Shown here piece by piece: positions 1 through 9,352 of a DNA stretch of 64,000 bases; the first letter of the stretch is position 1, and each line of letters opens with the position of its first letter. The notes beneath the pieces were generated by a model that ran no database searches, had not been told where the DNA came from, and saw only the letters and a program-made list of their open reading frames with translations. The DNA lies in contig CAZQXW010000007.1 in NCBI GenBank assembly GCA_964597365.1, forward strand, positions 2,268 to 66,267, in the 5' to 3' direction. The position numbers and the translations under genes were made by a program. Source of the stretch: an uncultured Thermoplasmatales archaeon. Lineage in GTDB: Archaea; Thermoplasmatota; E2; DHVEG-1.

Positions 1-27
1 AAGACAGGATTCGAACCTGCACGATCC

Positions 28-441
28 CTACACCCCCTTTCCGCCTCTCCCCATACGCTGTTTCGTTTTTCGTTCTATATCACGCTTCCGTGATGCTGGA
101 ACACGATACACATGATCGCTCGGCAGATACGGATCACTGTTCGGGTAGGGCATCTGATTGATCGTCTGGCTCTTCCTGAGTCGCTTCTCTCGCTCATTCA
201 TACTCAACGTTCCCACTACGTTCCTGTACACCTTCAGCAACGCACCGCCGAGTACCAGCAGGGACAGCATACCCATCGCTCCTACCCAGACCGCTGTGAG
301 CACAAGTCCCCCTGCTTCCCATACGCTGAGTTCCGTGTCGAAGACCCATGCCTGTGATGCTAACCCTACCGCAGCGTATACCACGAACCCGGCTGCCAGT
401 AGTCCTACAACCGCCAACCCTGCTACCACATGCTTGAACAT
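28..441 (-). CDS. hypothetical membrane protein (2 TM), probable paralog of 685..996
   Basis: Two hydrophobic helices then basic tail; VW..YR..G pattern shared with 685..996. Confidence 0.6.
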   Translation of the reverse strand: MFKHVVAGLAVVGLLAAGFVVYAAVGLASQAWVFDTELSVWEAGGLVLTAVWVGAMGMLSLLVLGGALLKVYRNVVGTLSMNEREKRLRKSQTINQMPYPNSDPYLPSDHVYRVPASRKRDIERKTKQRMGRGGKGV

Positions 442-445
442 TCTC

Positions 446-688
446 TCACTCCTCCTCGTCTATGGTTACGTCTACGTTGACATCTCTGTCATAGACCTCC
501 TGAATCTCCTCCATCAACGCCGCAAGCTCTGAAATCTCTTCGATCTTCTCCACGACCACCTCACCTTTCACCTCGACCATCGTGGGAATATTCGCTTCTG
601 CGGAGCCGATCTCTCGAATCCTCTCTACCACCGCCTCCACCACATTCGCGGGTACCGTGGCATTGATTAAAAACCGTACTGTCTTCAT
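446..688 (-). CDS. hypothetical protein
   Basis: ORF tightly packed between neighbours, acidic protein-like composition. Confidence 0.6.
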   Translation of the reverse strand: MKTVRFLINATVPANVVEAVVERIREIGSAEANIPTMVEVKGEVVVEKIEEISELAALMEEIQEVYDRDVNVDVTIDEEE

Positions 689-996
689 CTTCTCTTTCTC
701 CTATCGTGATCCCAGTCATCGAACTTTCCGTATATCCTTCTATACGCTACGATCAAACTGACCAGCCCAGTAAGCACTGAAAAGACCACCATAACCAGCA
801 ACCATACAGAGGTCAGTCCTACCAACGCGTTAGTCCATAAAGAGGACCAGACAGTGTAGTCCAACGTGACACTATTGCTCTCATCCAGTATCAGAGAGAT
901 CACAACGTTTCCTACCACCGAGCCACAGGCAAACAGAACAATCGCTGCACCTATCATCGAGACTGCGCTTGCCATGTGTTTCGATATCCTATTCAT
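685..996 (-). CDS. hypothetical membrane protein (2 TM)
   Basis: Start reassigned to MNRISK at 996 (GGAG SD upstream); two TM segments. Confidence 0.6.
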   Translation of the reverse strand: MNRISKHMASAVSMIGAAIVLFACGSVVGNVVISLILDESNSVTLDYTVWSSLWTNALVGLTSVWLLVMVVFSVLTGLVSLIVAYRRIYGKFDDWDHDRRKRR

Positions 997-1010
997 CTCC
1001 AACTCCTTCC

Positions 1011-1418
1011 TCAGAAACGGTGTCTTCCATCCTCCAGAAAGTCTTTCCCTCGGACCTTGTTGAGCACCTGTACCCATGACCTGAACTCTACCGCTCGATC
1101 ATCGATATACCACGTTGCTGGGAGTTTCCGATTGGTGACGCCTACCACATCTGAGTCATTCCAGAAGAGTTGATCCTTCGGTATGACTACCATCTCGAAC
1201 GGTCTCTTCTTCCACGAGGTCCTCCACCATGAAACGATCTGGTGCGGGTCCCGTGTACTGAGGATAAACACAGGATACCCCAACCTCATCAGATGGGAGA
1301 TGCTGCCGATACTTCCCGGTATCACATCATCGTAGATCGAGCCGTCCTTCCATCCCTCTCGATACGCATGAATCACACCATCGAAGTCTACTGCGATTGC
1401 TTCCTTACTATGATCCAT
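1011..1418 (-). CDS. HAD-superfamily phosphatase / nucleotidase
   Basis: Motif I AVDFDGVI, ILSTR motif II, YIDDRA motif IV. Confidence 0.85.
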   Translation of the reverse strand: MDHSKEAIAVDFDGVIHAYREGWKDGSIYDDVIPGSIGSISHLMRLGYPVFILSTRDPHQIVSWWRTSWKKRPFEMVVIPKDQLFWNDSDVVGVTNRKLPATWYIDDRAVEFRSWVQVLNKVRGKDFLEDGRHRF

Positions 1419-1668
1419 TCTTCTTCTCCTTTGCCTGCCGAATGATGTCGTACACCTTTCCTCTCAGTATCCCGTTGTTTGCAAGTGCTGCATGCACCTT
1501 CATCCACTTGGCACTGGCTTTATCTATGTAGGATCTCTTTCCTTGAGCGTGTGCGTCGGAGTCGATTACTCGAAGTAGTTCTGAATGATCTTCGAACTGT
1601 ATCACCGTGGCCTCAAACTGTTCCTTCTCATCTCGGAGCACATAGAACTCCACGTTCCCCAGTTCCAT
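1408..1668 (-). CDS. hypothetical protein
   Basis: Overlapping stop/start packing with neighbours. Confidence 0.55.
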   Translation of the reverse strand: MELGNVEFYVLRDEKEQFEATVIQFEDHSELLRVIDSDAHAQGKRSYIDKASAKWMKVHAALANNGILRGKVYDIIRQAKEKKNGS

Positions 1669-2057
1669 TACAGCAATTCTCCAATCACCTGATAAAGCTC
1701 TTGATCAGACATAGTGGCAACCGGACGCCCTTTGTAATTAGCTATCCCCACGTTATCCAAAAACGTACTACTACCCGATCCAAAGGCAACCTGATACGTA
1801 ATAATCTTAGAACGCACCCATGCTCTAAGATTCTCCGTCTCGTCTACTTCCAATCTGAACTTATCCCACCAACCCTCTCCTAACACACGCCGTACCACCA
1901 GTAGAGTCGAAGCCTTTGGTAGAACCGTTTCCAACACCATCCCCTCAGTTACCACCCCTCCCCGAAGAACAGTATCAACTAAATAGAATCGATCACTCTC
2001 TCGGTGCAGTATGAGAAGTCCTCCATCCATAGTCTTCCAAAGTCCTCGGGCACTCAC
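1668..2057 (-). CDS. hypothetical protein
   Basis: Tightly packed ORF. Confidence 0.55.
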   Translation of the reverse strand: MSARGLWKTMDGGLLILHRESDRFYLVDTVLRGGVVTEGMVLETVLPKASTLLVVRRVLGEGWWDKFRLEVDETENLRAWVRSKIITYQVAFGSGSSTFLDNVGIANYKGRPVATMSDQELYQVIGELL

Positions 2058-2405
2058 TCAATACCCTCCTAACGTATGATACATGCGAGCTAATTCTTCC
2101 CCCGCTGCCGACGACTGTATACCCCAATTACGAGAGATGTTCTGTATAGAATAGACTTCTCCAAAGTTTGGAGTATGAAGATCGAACAACACATTACAAG
2201 GCCGTTGAGGGAGTCGGGATTCCAGCAACAACCTATGCCGCATACCTTCAGGGATATCAAAAGGAGGTCCCTCTAACAAGAAAACGAGATAGGCATCTAC
2301 GGGCTGACTATGAACACTAAGAACCTGACAATCGTACTGAAGCCGAATCAAACGCTCCGAGTCAGGCTTCCACAACCCATCAAGACGTAGTTTCTGCACC
2401 GACAT
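2058..2405 (-). CDS. hypothetical protein
   Basis: Start likely MSVQKLR at 2405; abuts next gene. Confidence 0.55.
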   Translation of the reverse strand: MSVQKLRLDGLWKPDSERLIRLQYDCQVLSVHSQPVDAYLVFLLEGPPFDIPEGMRHRLLLESRLPQRPCNVLFDLHTPNFGEVYSIQNISRNWGIQSSAAGEELARMYHTLGGY

Positions 2406-2455
2406 GGCATTTTCTTTTCTCCACCAATCAGATGCCTGATCCAACGCAGGGTCTT

Positions 2456-2803
2456 CTACCATCCCGTGGTATCGTCTGTGAAACTGTTCGAGGTCCACCA
2501 ACTTCCTCCTCCAGAGGTCCAAGTAGTAATCACTACCGAGGGTCTCGGCTGCGGCCTGTTCACCCGCAACTTCATCAACCGATCATAGGCTTGCTGAAGC
2601 TTTACAAACTCCTTCTGATCGCCCCCAGCATCCGGGTGTAGCTTCAAACTCTTCTTTCTGAACCGACGCCTAATCTCTTTCTTCGCTTCATCGAACTTCT
2701 TCGTCACTGCCTCGAATGTGTCCGCAGTCAAGTACCCTTCAAGCCACTGGCGAGAAAGTCCCATCATCTTTAGGTCGCCTTCTATGGTTGGTCGCTGGTC
2801 CAT
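2456..2803 (-). CDS. J-domain (DnaJ-like) co-chaperone protein
   Basis: IRRRFRKKSLKLHPDAGGDQKEFVKLQQAYDRL: HPD motif in J-domain helices. Confidence 0.85.
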   Translation of the reverse strand: MDQRPTIEGDLKMMGLSRQWLEGYLTADTFEAVTKKFDEAKKEIRRRFRKKSLKLHPDAGGDQKEFVKLQQAYDRLMKLRVNRPQPRPSVVITTWTSGGGSWWTSNSFTDDTTGW

Positions 2804-3198
2804 TCCACCCCTGCCCTCCGTAAGTAGCCACGCAGCACAACAAAATTGCCTTTTCTCTTGTGACTCTTCCTGCCTACCTGAAGCATCACCTCCTCCAGAA
2901 AAGTTCCCGTGTTAGGTAAGTATTGCTTCATCTTCCAAGGAAACTGTTCTTGAATACTGAATCCCGCAATCGAATCCATTTGCACAATCTCAGCGAACAG
3001 ACTCACTCGATTCAGTTTATAGACGTGCTCCAACGGTCGCGCTTCCCCCCGCACTGCGCGATACACACGAACAAGAACATCGGCTGCATCTTCGTCCGCG
3101 CTCTTCCACAAACCAAGACACCCTTCAACCTCTATGAAGTCTTGCTCTCTCCGTGCAGCCTTTTCTTTGTTTATTCTTCTCCGAACACTCATCACCAC
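2782..3198 (-). CDS. hypothetical protein
   Basis: Packed ORF. Confidence 0.55.
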   Translation of the reverse strand: MVMSVRRRINKEKAARREQDFIEVEGCLGLWKSADEDAADVLVRVYRAVRGEARPLEHVYKLNRVSLFAEIVQMDSIAGFSIQEQFPWKMKQYLPNTGTFLEEVMLQVGRKSHKRKGNFVVLRGYLRRAGVEWTSDQP

Positions 3199-3593
3199 CG
3201 CTCAAGAAGAACAAAGTCTATTGAAACTACGGACCCCTCCCCGAAGACCAGAAGTCGATAGATGCGGTGCTCCACAATGAACACAAAGAACCCCTCAAAC
3301 GGCCCTTCGATTATCTTGATCGAATCCTGATAGAAGACCGCCCGATACGGTGCGACGGTCTCGTCCTGTAAGGAACCATCATCATCAGTGTCATCAAGCC
3401 ACAGAATCGTTCTGTTCATAGAATCCACACCGAGACGCAACCACGGAATGTGGGGAACCGGGATACCATCCATGTACGCACTACCGACAACGGCTTCATA
3501 GAGCCCATCAATCGGTCGCTGAGTTACTTCCTCAGCCACTGCTACAAAGCTAACCGCCAGCAGCAGAAGCATCACCATCAGTAGCTTTTTCAT
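3192..3593 (-). CDS. secreted/periplasmic hypothetical protein
   Basis: MKKLLMVMLLLLAVSFVAVA signal peptide; AGAGG SD before ATG 3593. Confidence 0.7.
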   Translation of the reverse strand: MKKLLMVMLLLLAVSFVAVAEEVTQRPIDGLYEAVVGSAYMDGIPVPHIPWLRLGVDSMNRTILWLDDTDDDGSLQDETVAPYRAVFYQDSIKIIEGPFEGFFVFIVEHRIYRLLVFGEGSVVSIDFVLLERW

Positions 3594-3786
3594 TCTTGTC
3601 CTCCTCTGCTTTCTTCTTTGCGTAGGCCGCCCGCTTCTTGGCATTCCTGATCTGTCGCTTTCGTTCGGCCTCTTTCCTCTTACGCTCGGCTACCCGAAGT
3701 TCCCTCTTCTCGGAAAAGCTTCTCTGGCTCCCAAACGCTCCGTGCTTAACTCTCTTGCTCAGACTCGCCTTGTTCCCCCGACTCAT
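3550..3786 (-). CDS. small highly basic protein
   Basis: K/R-rich 78 aa; GGGAGAAG SD upstream. Confidence 0.55.
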   Translation of the reverse strand: MSRGNKASLSKRVKHGAFGSQRSFSEKRELRVAERKRKEAERKRQIRNAKKRAAYAKKKAEEDKNEKATDGDASAAGG

Positions 3787-4078
3787 CCTCTTCTCCCTTT
3801 GTGTGTTTCATCACAGCCTCGACAAAATCGTTGACTGTAACGGTGTAGGTCTTACCGTCTACCTTCACAATCAAAGCGTCCATGCCACCGCACCCACACT
3901 CGCTGGTGACCTCGTACTTCTCTCCCTTGTGTTCGAAGGTAGCTGCTTCCATGTGAAACCCTATCTTCCAATCCGCCCTGATCTTAATAGGAATCTGCAA
4001 ACCAGAGTCGATGTACTCCGGCTGGTTCTGATCGATTCCCGGTCCTGACATTTTCCCTTGAATCATACTCTCCTCCAA
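3746..4078 (-). CDS. hypothetical protein
   Basis: ORF; exact start uncertain. Confidence 0.55.
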   Translation of the reverse strand: MEESMIQGKMSGPGIDQNQPEYIDSGLQIPIKIRADWKIGFHMEAATFEHKGEKYEVTSECGCGGMDALIVKVDGKTYTVTVNDFVEAVMKHTKGEEDESGEQGESEQES

Positions 4079-4096
4079 AATCCTATTCTACTAAAA

Positions 4097-4555
4097 TCAC
4101 TGAGTATAATCTGGCAACAGGTTGACAGAAACACCTTTCGTGTACGCCTGATCTATGCTCGGAAGGGTTTTCTGAGCAACCGTTTCCCCATCAGGAAGCA
4201 TGATGTGCGGAAGGAACTCCTCCTCAAAGGTGGCAATCCCAGTCTCCACAACCTCGAACTTCGCCTTGATCGCGAGAATCAACGCACGCCATCGTCTTGC
4301 CTGCTCTGCCTCCCACTCTTTAGTGATCTGAGGCTCTGTTCTTTTCAGCCGACGTTCAGGAGTGTAAGTAAACTCAGACCGAGCAGGAAACGGGATCATG
4401 AATCGTACATACCGGTTCGAATGATGAAAGATCACTATCGCTCCCTTCTCTTCCTCACCGATCTTGTAGTTCGATCCGCCTTTGTTATAAACCAACCGCT
4501 TGAGTTCTGCCTTGCTTCTCTCAATCGGTACCTCGGTCCCCTTTGCGTAGGCCAT
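4097..4555 (-). CDS. conserved phage hypothetical protein
   Basis: MAYAKGTEVPIERSKAE...WRALILAIKAKFE...FEEEFLPHIMLPDG resembles a recurrent phage family (recognition by eye). Confidence 0.75.
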   Translation of the reverse strand: MAYAKGTEVPIERSKAELKRLVYNKGGSNYKIGEEEKGAIVIFHHSNRYVRFMIPFPARSEFTYTPERRLKRTEPQITKEWEAEQARRWRALILAIKAKFEVVETGIATFEEEFLPHIMLPDGETVAQKTLPSIDQAYTKGVSVNLLPDYTQ

Positions 4556-4787
4556 GATCCCTATTCTCCTTCTTCCCCAGAGTCACTGTCTTGAACACCC
4601 CCAGTGCTCTCTCCGTCTGCACTTCTGCTTTCACTGTCATCCCCTCGTGCTGCAAACGAATGACCCTTCCATCCGTCAGCACGAACTCCACCCTGAAGCG
4701 CGTTGCGAATATCTCGGAACTTCCCGTCTTCGGATCGATAATTTCGATCTGTCTCAAATCCATCAGATGCCTCCCATCGAAACCCAT
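4521..4787 (-). CDS. hypothetical protein overlapping tail of upstream ORF
   Basis: Beta-rich protein-like sequence; overlaps 4561..5139 out of frame. Confidence 0.5.
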   Translation of the reverse strand: MGFDGRHLMDLRQIEIIDPKTGSSEIFATRFRVEFVLTDGRVIRLQHEGMTVKAEVQTERALGVFKTVTLGKKENRDHGLRKGDRGTD

Positions 4788-5139
4788 TCACCGTGACATG
4801 GTTCCCCATAGCGTGAAGCCCTGTAACAAGCTTGTAAAGCACACGCCGAATGTTTAGTGCAGACTCTTCTCCATAGGCTCGTTCGAGTTTCTTTGTGGCG
4901 TCGACGGAGACCTCGTTTCCAGAGGTAGCAATGAACCCATCTTGATAGAGCTTCGACACAATGGTCTGCTCCATCATCGCCTCTCGTGCAGGATCAGCCT
5001 TCTTCTTCAAAGGCTTCCCATCCGAGCCAAGGATTTCAGAAACCGGATTTTTCTTCTGAGTTCGTACTTCCGGCTTCTTCTCATCGGCGTAGAGAATATC
5101 GTGTAGTTCTTCCATCGTAAGTCTTTTCGATTCAGCCAT
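4561..5139 (-). CDS. hypothetical protein
   Basis: ACGGAGG SD before MAESKR at 5139. Confidence 0.6.
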   Translation of the reverse strand: MAESKRLTMEELHDILYADEKKPEVRTQKKNPVSEILGSDGKPLKKKADPAREAMMEQTIVSKLYQDGFIATSGNEVSVDATKKLERAYGEESALNIRRVLYKLVTGLHAMGNHVTVNGFRWEASDGFETDRNYRSEDGKFRDIRNALQGGVRADGWKGHSFAARGDDSESRSADGESTGGVQDSDSGEEGE

Positions 5140-5548
5140 CGTGAGCCTCCGTGGTAAGGCGGTCCAAATCAAGCGCGTACTCATCATCGCTCAAGTCATC
5201 AAGCGTGACCGGACCCCAGTTCAAAAAGTCCATCGGAAAGATGTGGTGTGATAGCCACATCTCATTGTTCGAGTTCATGAAAAACGAAAGGATATCGTAT
5301 CTTCGCATTGTGCCAACACTTTGCTTGAGGTCTTCTGAAACATGCTCTTCCAACAGAGAGATCACCCATTTAGCATAGTGCTCCGTATTGCGTTCAAGAA
5401 TCTTCCTATCGCGAAGAGGAACGTTTCTGGAAAAAGAACTCTTCACCCGAGTAAAAGGTAGTTCCTTCTTAGAGAAACGAAACACAGTCAGTTGAAGCGT
5501 TTCTCCAAACCGCTCTGTCTGTATTTCCCGAACCTTATCGTGTGTCAT
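5132..5548 (-). CDS. hypothetical protein
   Basis: ATGA overlap with upstream gene. Confidence 0.6.
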   Translation of the reverse strand: MTHDKVREIQTERFGETLQLTVFRFSKKELPFTRVKSSFSRNVPLRDRKILERNTEHYAKWVISLLEEHVSEDLKQSVGTMRRYDILSFFMNSNNEMWLSHHIFPMDFLNWGPVTLDDLSDDEYALDLDRLTTEAHDG

Positions 5549-5877
5549 CGCCCTACTCTCTTCAGCTGTGCAAACGGATTACCCTCGACAGGCTTGATTG
5601 GAGCTTTCCCATGAATGACCTCAACACGATCTTCGTTTACCCCGTCCTCGATCAGGAGTACCCCTCGAAACCGATTCACGGTCACATCTTCCTTGTCCTT
5701 CAGGTCCTGTTCCATAACCCGCATGCACGCCTCACTGAGAAACTTCCGTGCGCGAGAGCCGATGATGATTCCAGTAGCCGTATGGTTTGCTTTTCGAACC
5801 GCTTCGAGTTTCTCATCGAGATACCCTATGATCTCCACCCCATCGGTGATGATCCTTCCATCCAACAGCATTGTCAT
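5545..5877 (-). CDS. hypothetical protein
   Basis: GAGGAGG SD. Confidence 0.65.
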   Translation of the reverse strand: MTMLLDGRIITDGVEIIGYLDEKLEAVRKANHTATGIIIGSRARKFLSEACMRVMEQDLKDKEDVTVNRFRGVLLIEDGVNEDRVEVIHGKAPIKPVEGNPFAQLKRVGR

Positions 5878-6099
5878 GCCTCCTCAAGAGAACGTAATCG
5901 TAAATGTCGGTGAAACCTTACAAGAAAAGACCAGAGAGCGAGGGGAGTACCGAATGTTGCCACTCGGCACTTCCCGCAACGCACGACCGCCAGTCAGTCT
6001 CTCCAAAGAAACCCTCGACCTCAAGGACACTCGCTAAGGGTCTATCGGTCTCGGGTATCTCCGGCAGCGGTACGGTCTGGCACCCCCGCTCCCCAGCAA

Positions 6100-6909
6100 T
6101 TAAAATCGTAGATAGTCTAAAGGATTCACCAGCTTCCCGTCGAGCCACACCTCATAGTGAAGATGCTGCCCTCGGGAATCTCCCGTGTTTCCCATGATGC
6201 CTATTCTGTCACCCTGCTTTATTTCTCGACCTTCATGCACGTTCTTTAGATCGGTCGATTTCAGATGGGCATACACTGTTTCAAATCCACCGGCATGTCT
6301 AATCTTCACCATGCCTCCGTACTTATCGTGGCCCTTCCATCGTACACCATCAGGAGGAACGTAATGCTCTACGACTACACCATCAGCCGGAGCAATCACA
6401 TCCGCATTCCATGTTCCGGCTATGTCAATCCCGGTATGAAATGAAATCTCCCCGGATATCGGAGATATCCTCCATCCGAATCCTGAAGTAATCCGAGTAA
6501 GCTCATTGTACACCACTGGCCATATGCTGGGCACCTGCGCAAGGAACTCTTCCCGCTCTGTAAAGTAGTTGTCCATGGCTGATAGGATTTCTCGGTAGTC
6601 TAAGGAATAGTTCATGATGGCCTGATAGACCGCCTCTACATCCGCTCCTTCTTCGGTCTCAAAGCCACCCATGGCATGCTCTTCTCGCTCATACAACACC
6701 TTCACAATGTCGGTAAGCTTCTCTCGATACAACCCCTCATTCTCATCCTGAAGGGCCTCAAGCTCTTCCAACTCAGTACTCAATTGTTTAACAGTCTGAG
6801 AGTATTCGTTCTGACGGCGATGTTCAGCTGTCGCTATGTACGTTGCCAGATCGAACACGAGCAGAATACTGAGCGCAATAGCTATCCGCGCCCGTGTCTG
6901 AAAACTCAT
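6100..6909 (-). CDS. membrane-anchored M23 family metallopeptidase (peptidoglycan endopeptidase)
   Basis: N-terminal TM, coiled coil, HTGIDI (HxxxD) and HLHYEV (HxH) motifs. Confidence 0.9.
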   Translation of the reverse strand: MSFQTRARIAIALSILLVFDLATYIATAEHRRQNEYSQTVKQLSTELEELEALQDENEGLYREKLTDIVKVLYEREEHAMGGFETEEGADVEAVYQAIMNYSLDYREILSAMDNYFTEREEFLAQVPSIWPVVYNELTRITSGFGWRISPISGEISFHTGIDIAGTWNADVIAPADGVVVEHYVPPDGVRWKGHDKYGGMVKIRHAGGFETVYAHLKSTDLKNVHEGREIKQGDRIGIMGNTGDSRGQHLHYEVWLDGKLVNPLDYLRF

Positions 6910-7046
6910 GAACCCCTCCTAAAACAGAAAGGGGCAGGCAGACTGAACTTTACGGAGGTCTGCTATGCTCGAAACCACGAACAAACAGAAGCCTACCTGC
7001 CCCCGATAGTACATAATCGTATTGTACTACGAAACCTTACAGATAA

Positions 7047-7077
7047 AAAAAGACCCCTGCCGGGTGCAGGGGTCTCT
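7047..7077 (-). terminator. intrinsic terminator after HTH gene
   Basis: AGACCCCTGC-ACCCG-GCAGGGGTCT followed by T-run on minus strand. Confidence 0.8.
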
Positions 7078-7078
7078 C

Positions 7079-7348
7079 TTAACTTCTTGGCGTTGCATCA
7101 TCATTGTAGAGAGGGCCAAGCTCCAGTTCATCCCGGTCCTCGCCCTCCTCTACATACTCTTTCACCAACCGAGGTCCACTGGACCTCTTCCGTCTGATCT
7201 CCCTGAGATCATCGAGAGTGAACATCCTCGGCGTACCCGGTCCTCCGGGCTGGGAACCAATTCCATACTTGATGGCATAAACCACCATGGTATTCTGCTT
7301 GACTCCCAGCGCCCGAGCACCGGTCCTTGTACTGTAGAGTTTACTCAT
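7079..7348 (-). CDS. MerR/excisionase-like HTH DNA-binding protein
   Basis: YSTRTGARALGVKQNTMVVYAIKYGIG...PRMFTLDDLREI winged-HTH pattern. Confidence 0.65.
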   Translation of the reverse strand: MSKLYSTRTGARALGVKQNTMVVYAIKYGIGSQPGGPGTPRMFTLDDLREIRRKRSSGPRLVKEYVEEGEDRDELELGPLYNDDATPRS

Positions 7349-7484
7349 TGCTCAGGATCGCGGGCTTTAGCTTACGCTTAGCTCTCGCGTACTCCTCGAA
7401 CTTGATCTCTCCAGCACGGAGACGCCGCTTGAGGTCCTTCCACTGTTGCAACGCCTCTTCCTTACTGATCATCTTCTTTGCCAT
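7341..7484 (-). CDS. small basic hypothetical protein (47 aa, not in ORF track)
   Basis: GGAGG SD, MAKKMISKEEALQQWKDLKRRL...; fills the gap between two genes. Confidence 0.55.
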   Translation of the reverse strand: MAKKMISKEEALQQWKDLKRRLRAGEIKFEEYARAKRKLKPAILSNE

Positions 7485-8005
7485 GCGTCCTCCTCCGGGT
7501 CTTCTACCCGTCCTTTCGCAAGAGTCTTTCCTCTCTCACGAAGCTCTTCCTTACGTTCCGGCGAGAGTGTAGGACTCTGTCGGAACTTCACCCCATGTTC
7601 ACGGTATGCCTGTCGAAGCATCCGACCGGCTTCTTTCCGCTTAGGGTGCCATCGATCCATGAGTTGGGCGAACAGTCTCGCCCACTCCCTGCCATGCGCA
7701 GCGCTGTTAGGCGGCTGCAACGCATGAGCGATCTCGTGAAGCACCACAGTATACGTCCGTGCCCACTTCGGAAGATTTAACGCACGGGGTCCTCCCCGAG
7801 CTATCCGCGTACCTCTTCCATCCTTGATCCTCGGTGCCTCTTCAACACGAGCAAGTCCACGCTTCCAACACCATCGCCACACTTCGTCGACGAAATGGTT
7901 TACAGCGTGCATAGACCCATCCCCTACCGTGTCGTTTACGATCCATGGTAGGGATCGCTCCGCAGCATACGCCTTACTTCTTTGGCTGTCTCTCGGCCGT
8001 TTCAC
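7469..8005 (-). CDS. SprT-like zinc metalloprotease domain protein
   Basis: VVLHEIAH (HExxH) plus AAHGREW third-ligand motif. Confidence 0.75.
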   Translation of the reverse strand: MKRPRDSQRSKAYAAERSLPWIVNDTVGDGSMHAVNHFVDEVWRWCWKRGLARVEEAPRIKDGRGTRIARGGPRALNLPKWARTYTVVLHEIAHALQPPNSAAHGREWARLFAQLMDRWHPKRKEAGRMLRQAYREHGVKFRQSPTLSPERKEELRERGKTLAKGRVEDPEEDAWQRR

Positions 8006-8382
8006 ACAGACCTCCGTGCAGCCTTTCGCATAGCATCCGCAGCGTTACGTGCAAGCTGCTTTTCGAGAACCTTCTTGATCGTACGGATGTCTTTCTTCTG
8101 GCCGTCGACCATCACCACAGACCGGTAGATTACGTGTGCCTTACCGTCTCTGCTCTCATGAGCCTCTTCGAACCGAAGCCGCTGCTCCCACGTAATCTGT
8201 TGGTCTCCCGTGTCTATAAACACAGGAGGACGGATGTGCTTCTCGATCAAGGCCGACCGCGCATTCTGATCTGAAGGGCAGCGCCAACGCACATACGCAT
8301 ATCTACACTTCTCGTGGTGCTCCAAGCGCTCCTCAAGTGCGTCCACTACCTCGTCTCCGACGATCCGCATAAACGCTTCCAT
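8002..8382 (-). CDS. hypothetical protein
   Basis: Start follows junction element with ACGGAGG SD. Confidence 0.7.
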   Translation of the reverse strand: MEAFMRIVGDEVVDALEERLEHHEKCRYAYVRWRCPSDQNARSALIEKHIRPPVFIDTGDQQITWEQRLRFEEAHESRDGKAHVIYRSVVMVDGQKKDIRTIKKVLEKQLARNAADAMRKAARRSV

Positions 8383-8453
8383 ACAAACCTCCGTTGGGAT
8401 CGGTTATCCCGCAGGGAACACGGCTTTCCATGTTCCCCACGCGAGACCGATTA
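8383..8453 (-). repeat. intergenic RNA-structure element, family I copy 1
   Basis: UAAUCGGU-CUCGCGUG-GGGAACAUGG-AAAG-CCGUGUUCCC-UGC-GGGAU-AACCG-AUCCC-AACGGAGGUUUGU-AUG. Confidence 0.9.
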
Positions 8454-8963
8454 CTCTCCTTCGTATTCGGCCATCTGAAGCTCCTCCAGCTTCCCCTGAA
8501 GCCAGTCAGTGAACTCTTGAGGGATATTCCCCTCCTCGGGAACCTCGGGGCCTTCATAGTCATCGAGATCAACATCATCCAAAGCGTCTCTAAACGTTTC
8601 AGCTTCATCGACTCGACTCTGAAGCAACTCCCCGGTAGGTCCTTCCTGAAGACCTTCCGGCATGTTTCCCAGATTCTCCTCAGCCTCTCCAGAGAGTTCC
8701 TCGACCTCGCCGATTGCATCCTCGACCATACCCTTCAGGGTCTCAGCGTCACGCTCCCCTTCAGCAGAGAAGTCGTAGGTGAACCGTTCGTTGATCTCTG
8801 CCATCCGTGAAAGGAAGTCAGAATTGATCGTCTGGCTTGGCCGGGGGCGGGTCTTGCTGTAATGCTTACCGCCATACCGGAACTTCCACCAGTAGTATGA
8901 CTCTCCCTTCTTGGCTACCGGGTTATCCTTCCGTGCAGCCTTCACGAAATACACTCTTGCCAT
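8451..8963 (-). CDS. conserved phage hypothetical protein
   Basis: MARVYFVKAARKDNPVAKKGESYYWWKFRYGGK N-terminus resembles a recurrent phage family; acidic coiled-coil C-terminus. Confidence 0.75.
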   Translation of the reverse strand: MARVYFVKAARKDNPVAKKGESYYWWKFRYGGKHYSKTRPRPSQTINSDFLSRMAEINERFTYDFSAEGERDAETLKGMVEDAIGEVEELSGEAEENLGNMPEGLQEGPTGELLQSRVDEAETFRDALDDVDLDDYEGPEVPEEGNIPQEFTDWLQGKLEELQMAEYEGE

Positions 8964-9033
8964 AACAAACCTCCTCGGCTCAATCAGCCGCGTCAGACCG
9001 GGGAATATTCCCCGGTCTGCCGTAGGTGATTCA
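8964..9033 (-). repeat. intergenic two-hairpin junction element (divergent)
   Basis: 12-bp stem CAGACCGGGGAA/TTCCCCGGTCTG, then CGGCU/AGCCG hairpin, then AGGAGG SD. Confidence 0.75.
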
Positions 9034-9351
9034 GCTGAGGTCTCTAATCGCTTTGTTGATATACGACTGAAGCATCTGCTCAGCGTACTGCTGAGCCTCG
9101 GTCTCATCATCGAATATCCACGCACTCTTGATGACCTCATGGTTGGGGTTGCAATACCGGCACATCACCACAGCCGCATAACAACCATCTTTCGGATTCC
9201 GATTCGTCTCTGGCTTGTACCTCCGACGAATCTCGTTGGCGATCACCGCTTCACGCATGGTGTCCTCACCAACATCGTCGATCAGCTGATCCGGGACCGC
9301 CATCTCAGCCAGTCCCGACATCAGTTGTCTCAATCTCTCTCCGGGGTCCAT
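9031..9351 (-). CDS. hypothetical protein
   Basis: Packed ORF. Confidence 0.6.
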   Translation of the reverse strand: MDPGERLRQLMSGLAEMAVPDQLIDDVGEDTMREAVIANEIRRRYKPETNRNPKDGCYAAVVMCRYCNPNHEVIKSAWIFDDETEAQQYAEQMLQSYINKAIRDLS

Positions 9352-9352
9352 G

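Noticed and set aside
1-60. tRNA-like T-arm GCAGG-TTCGAAT-CCTGT on minus strand at 3-20
   Set aside because: Upstream sequence lacks a credible anticodon arm and overlaps a CDS; the 3' acceptor strand is cut off by the window edge. Needs tRNAscan-SE/ARAGORN on the extended contig.
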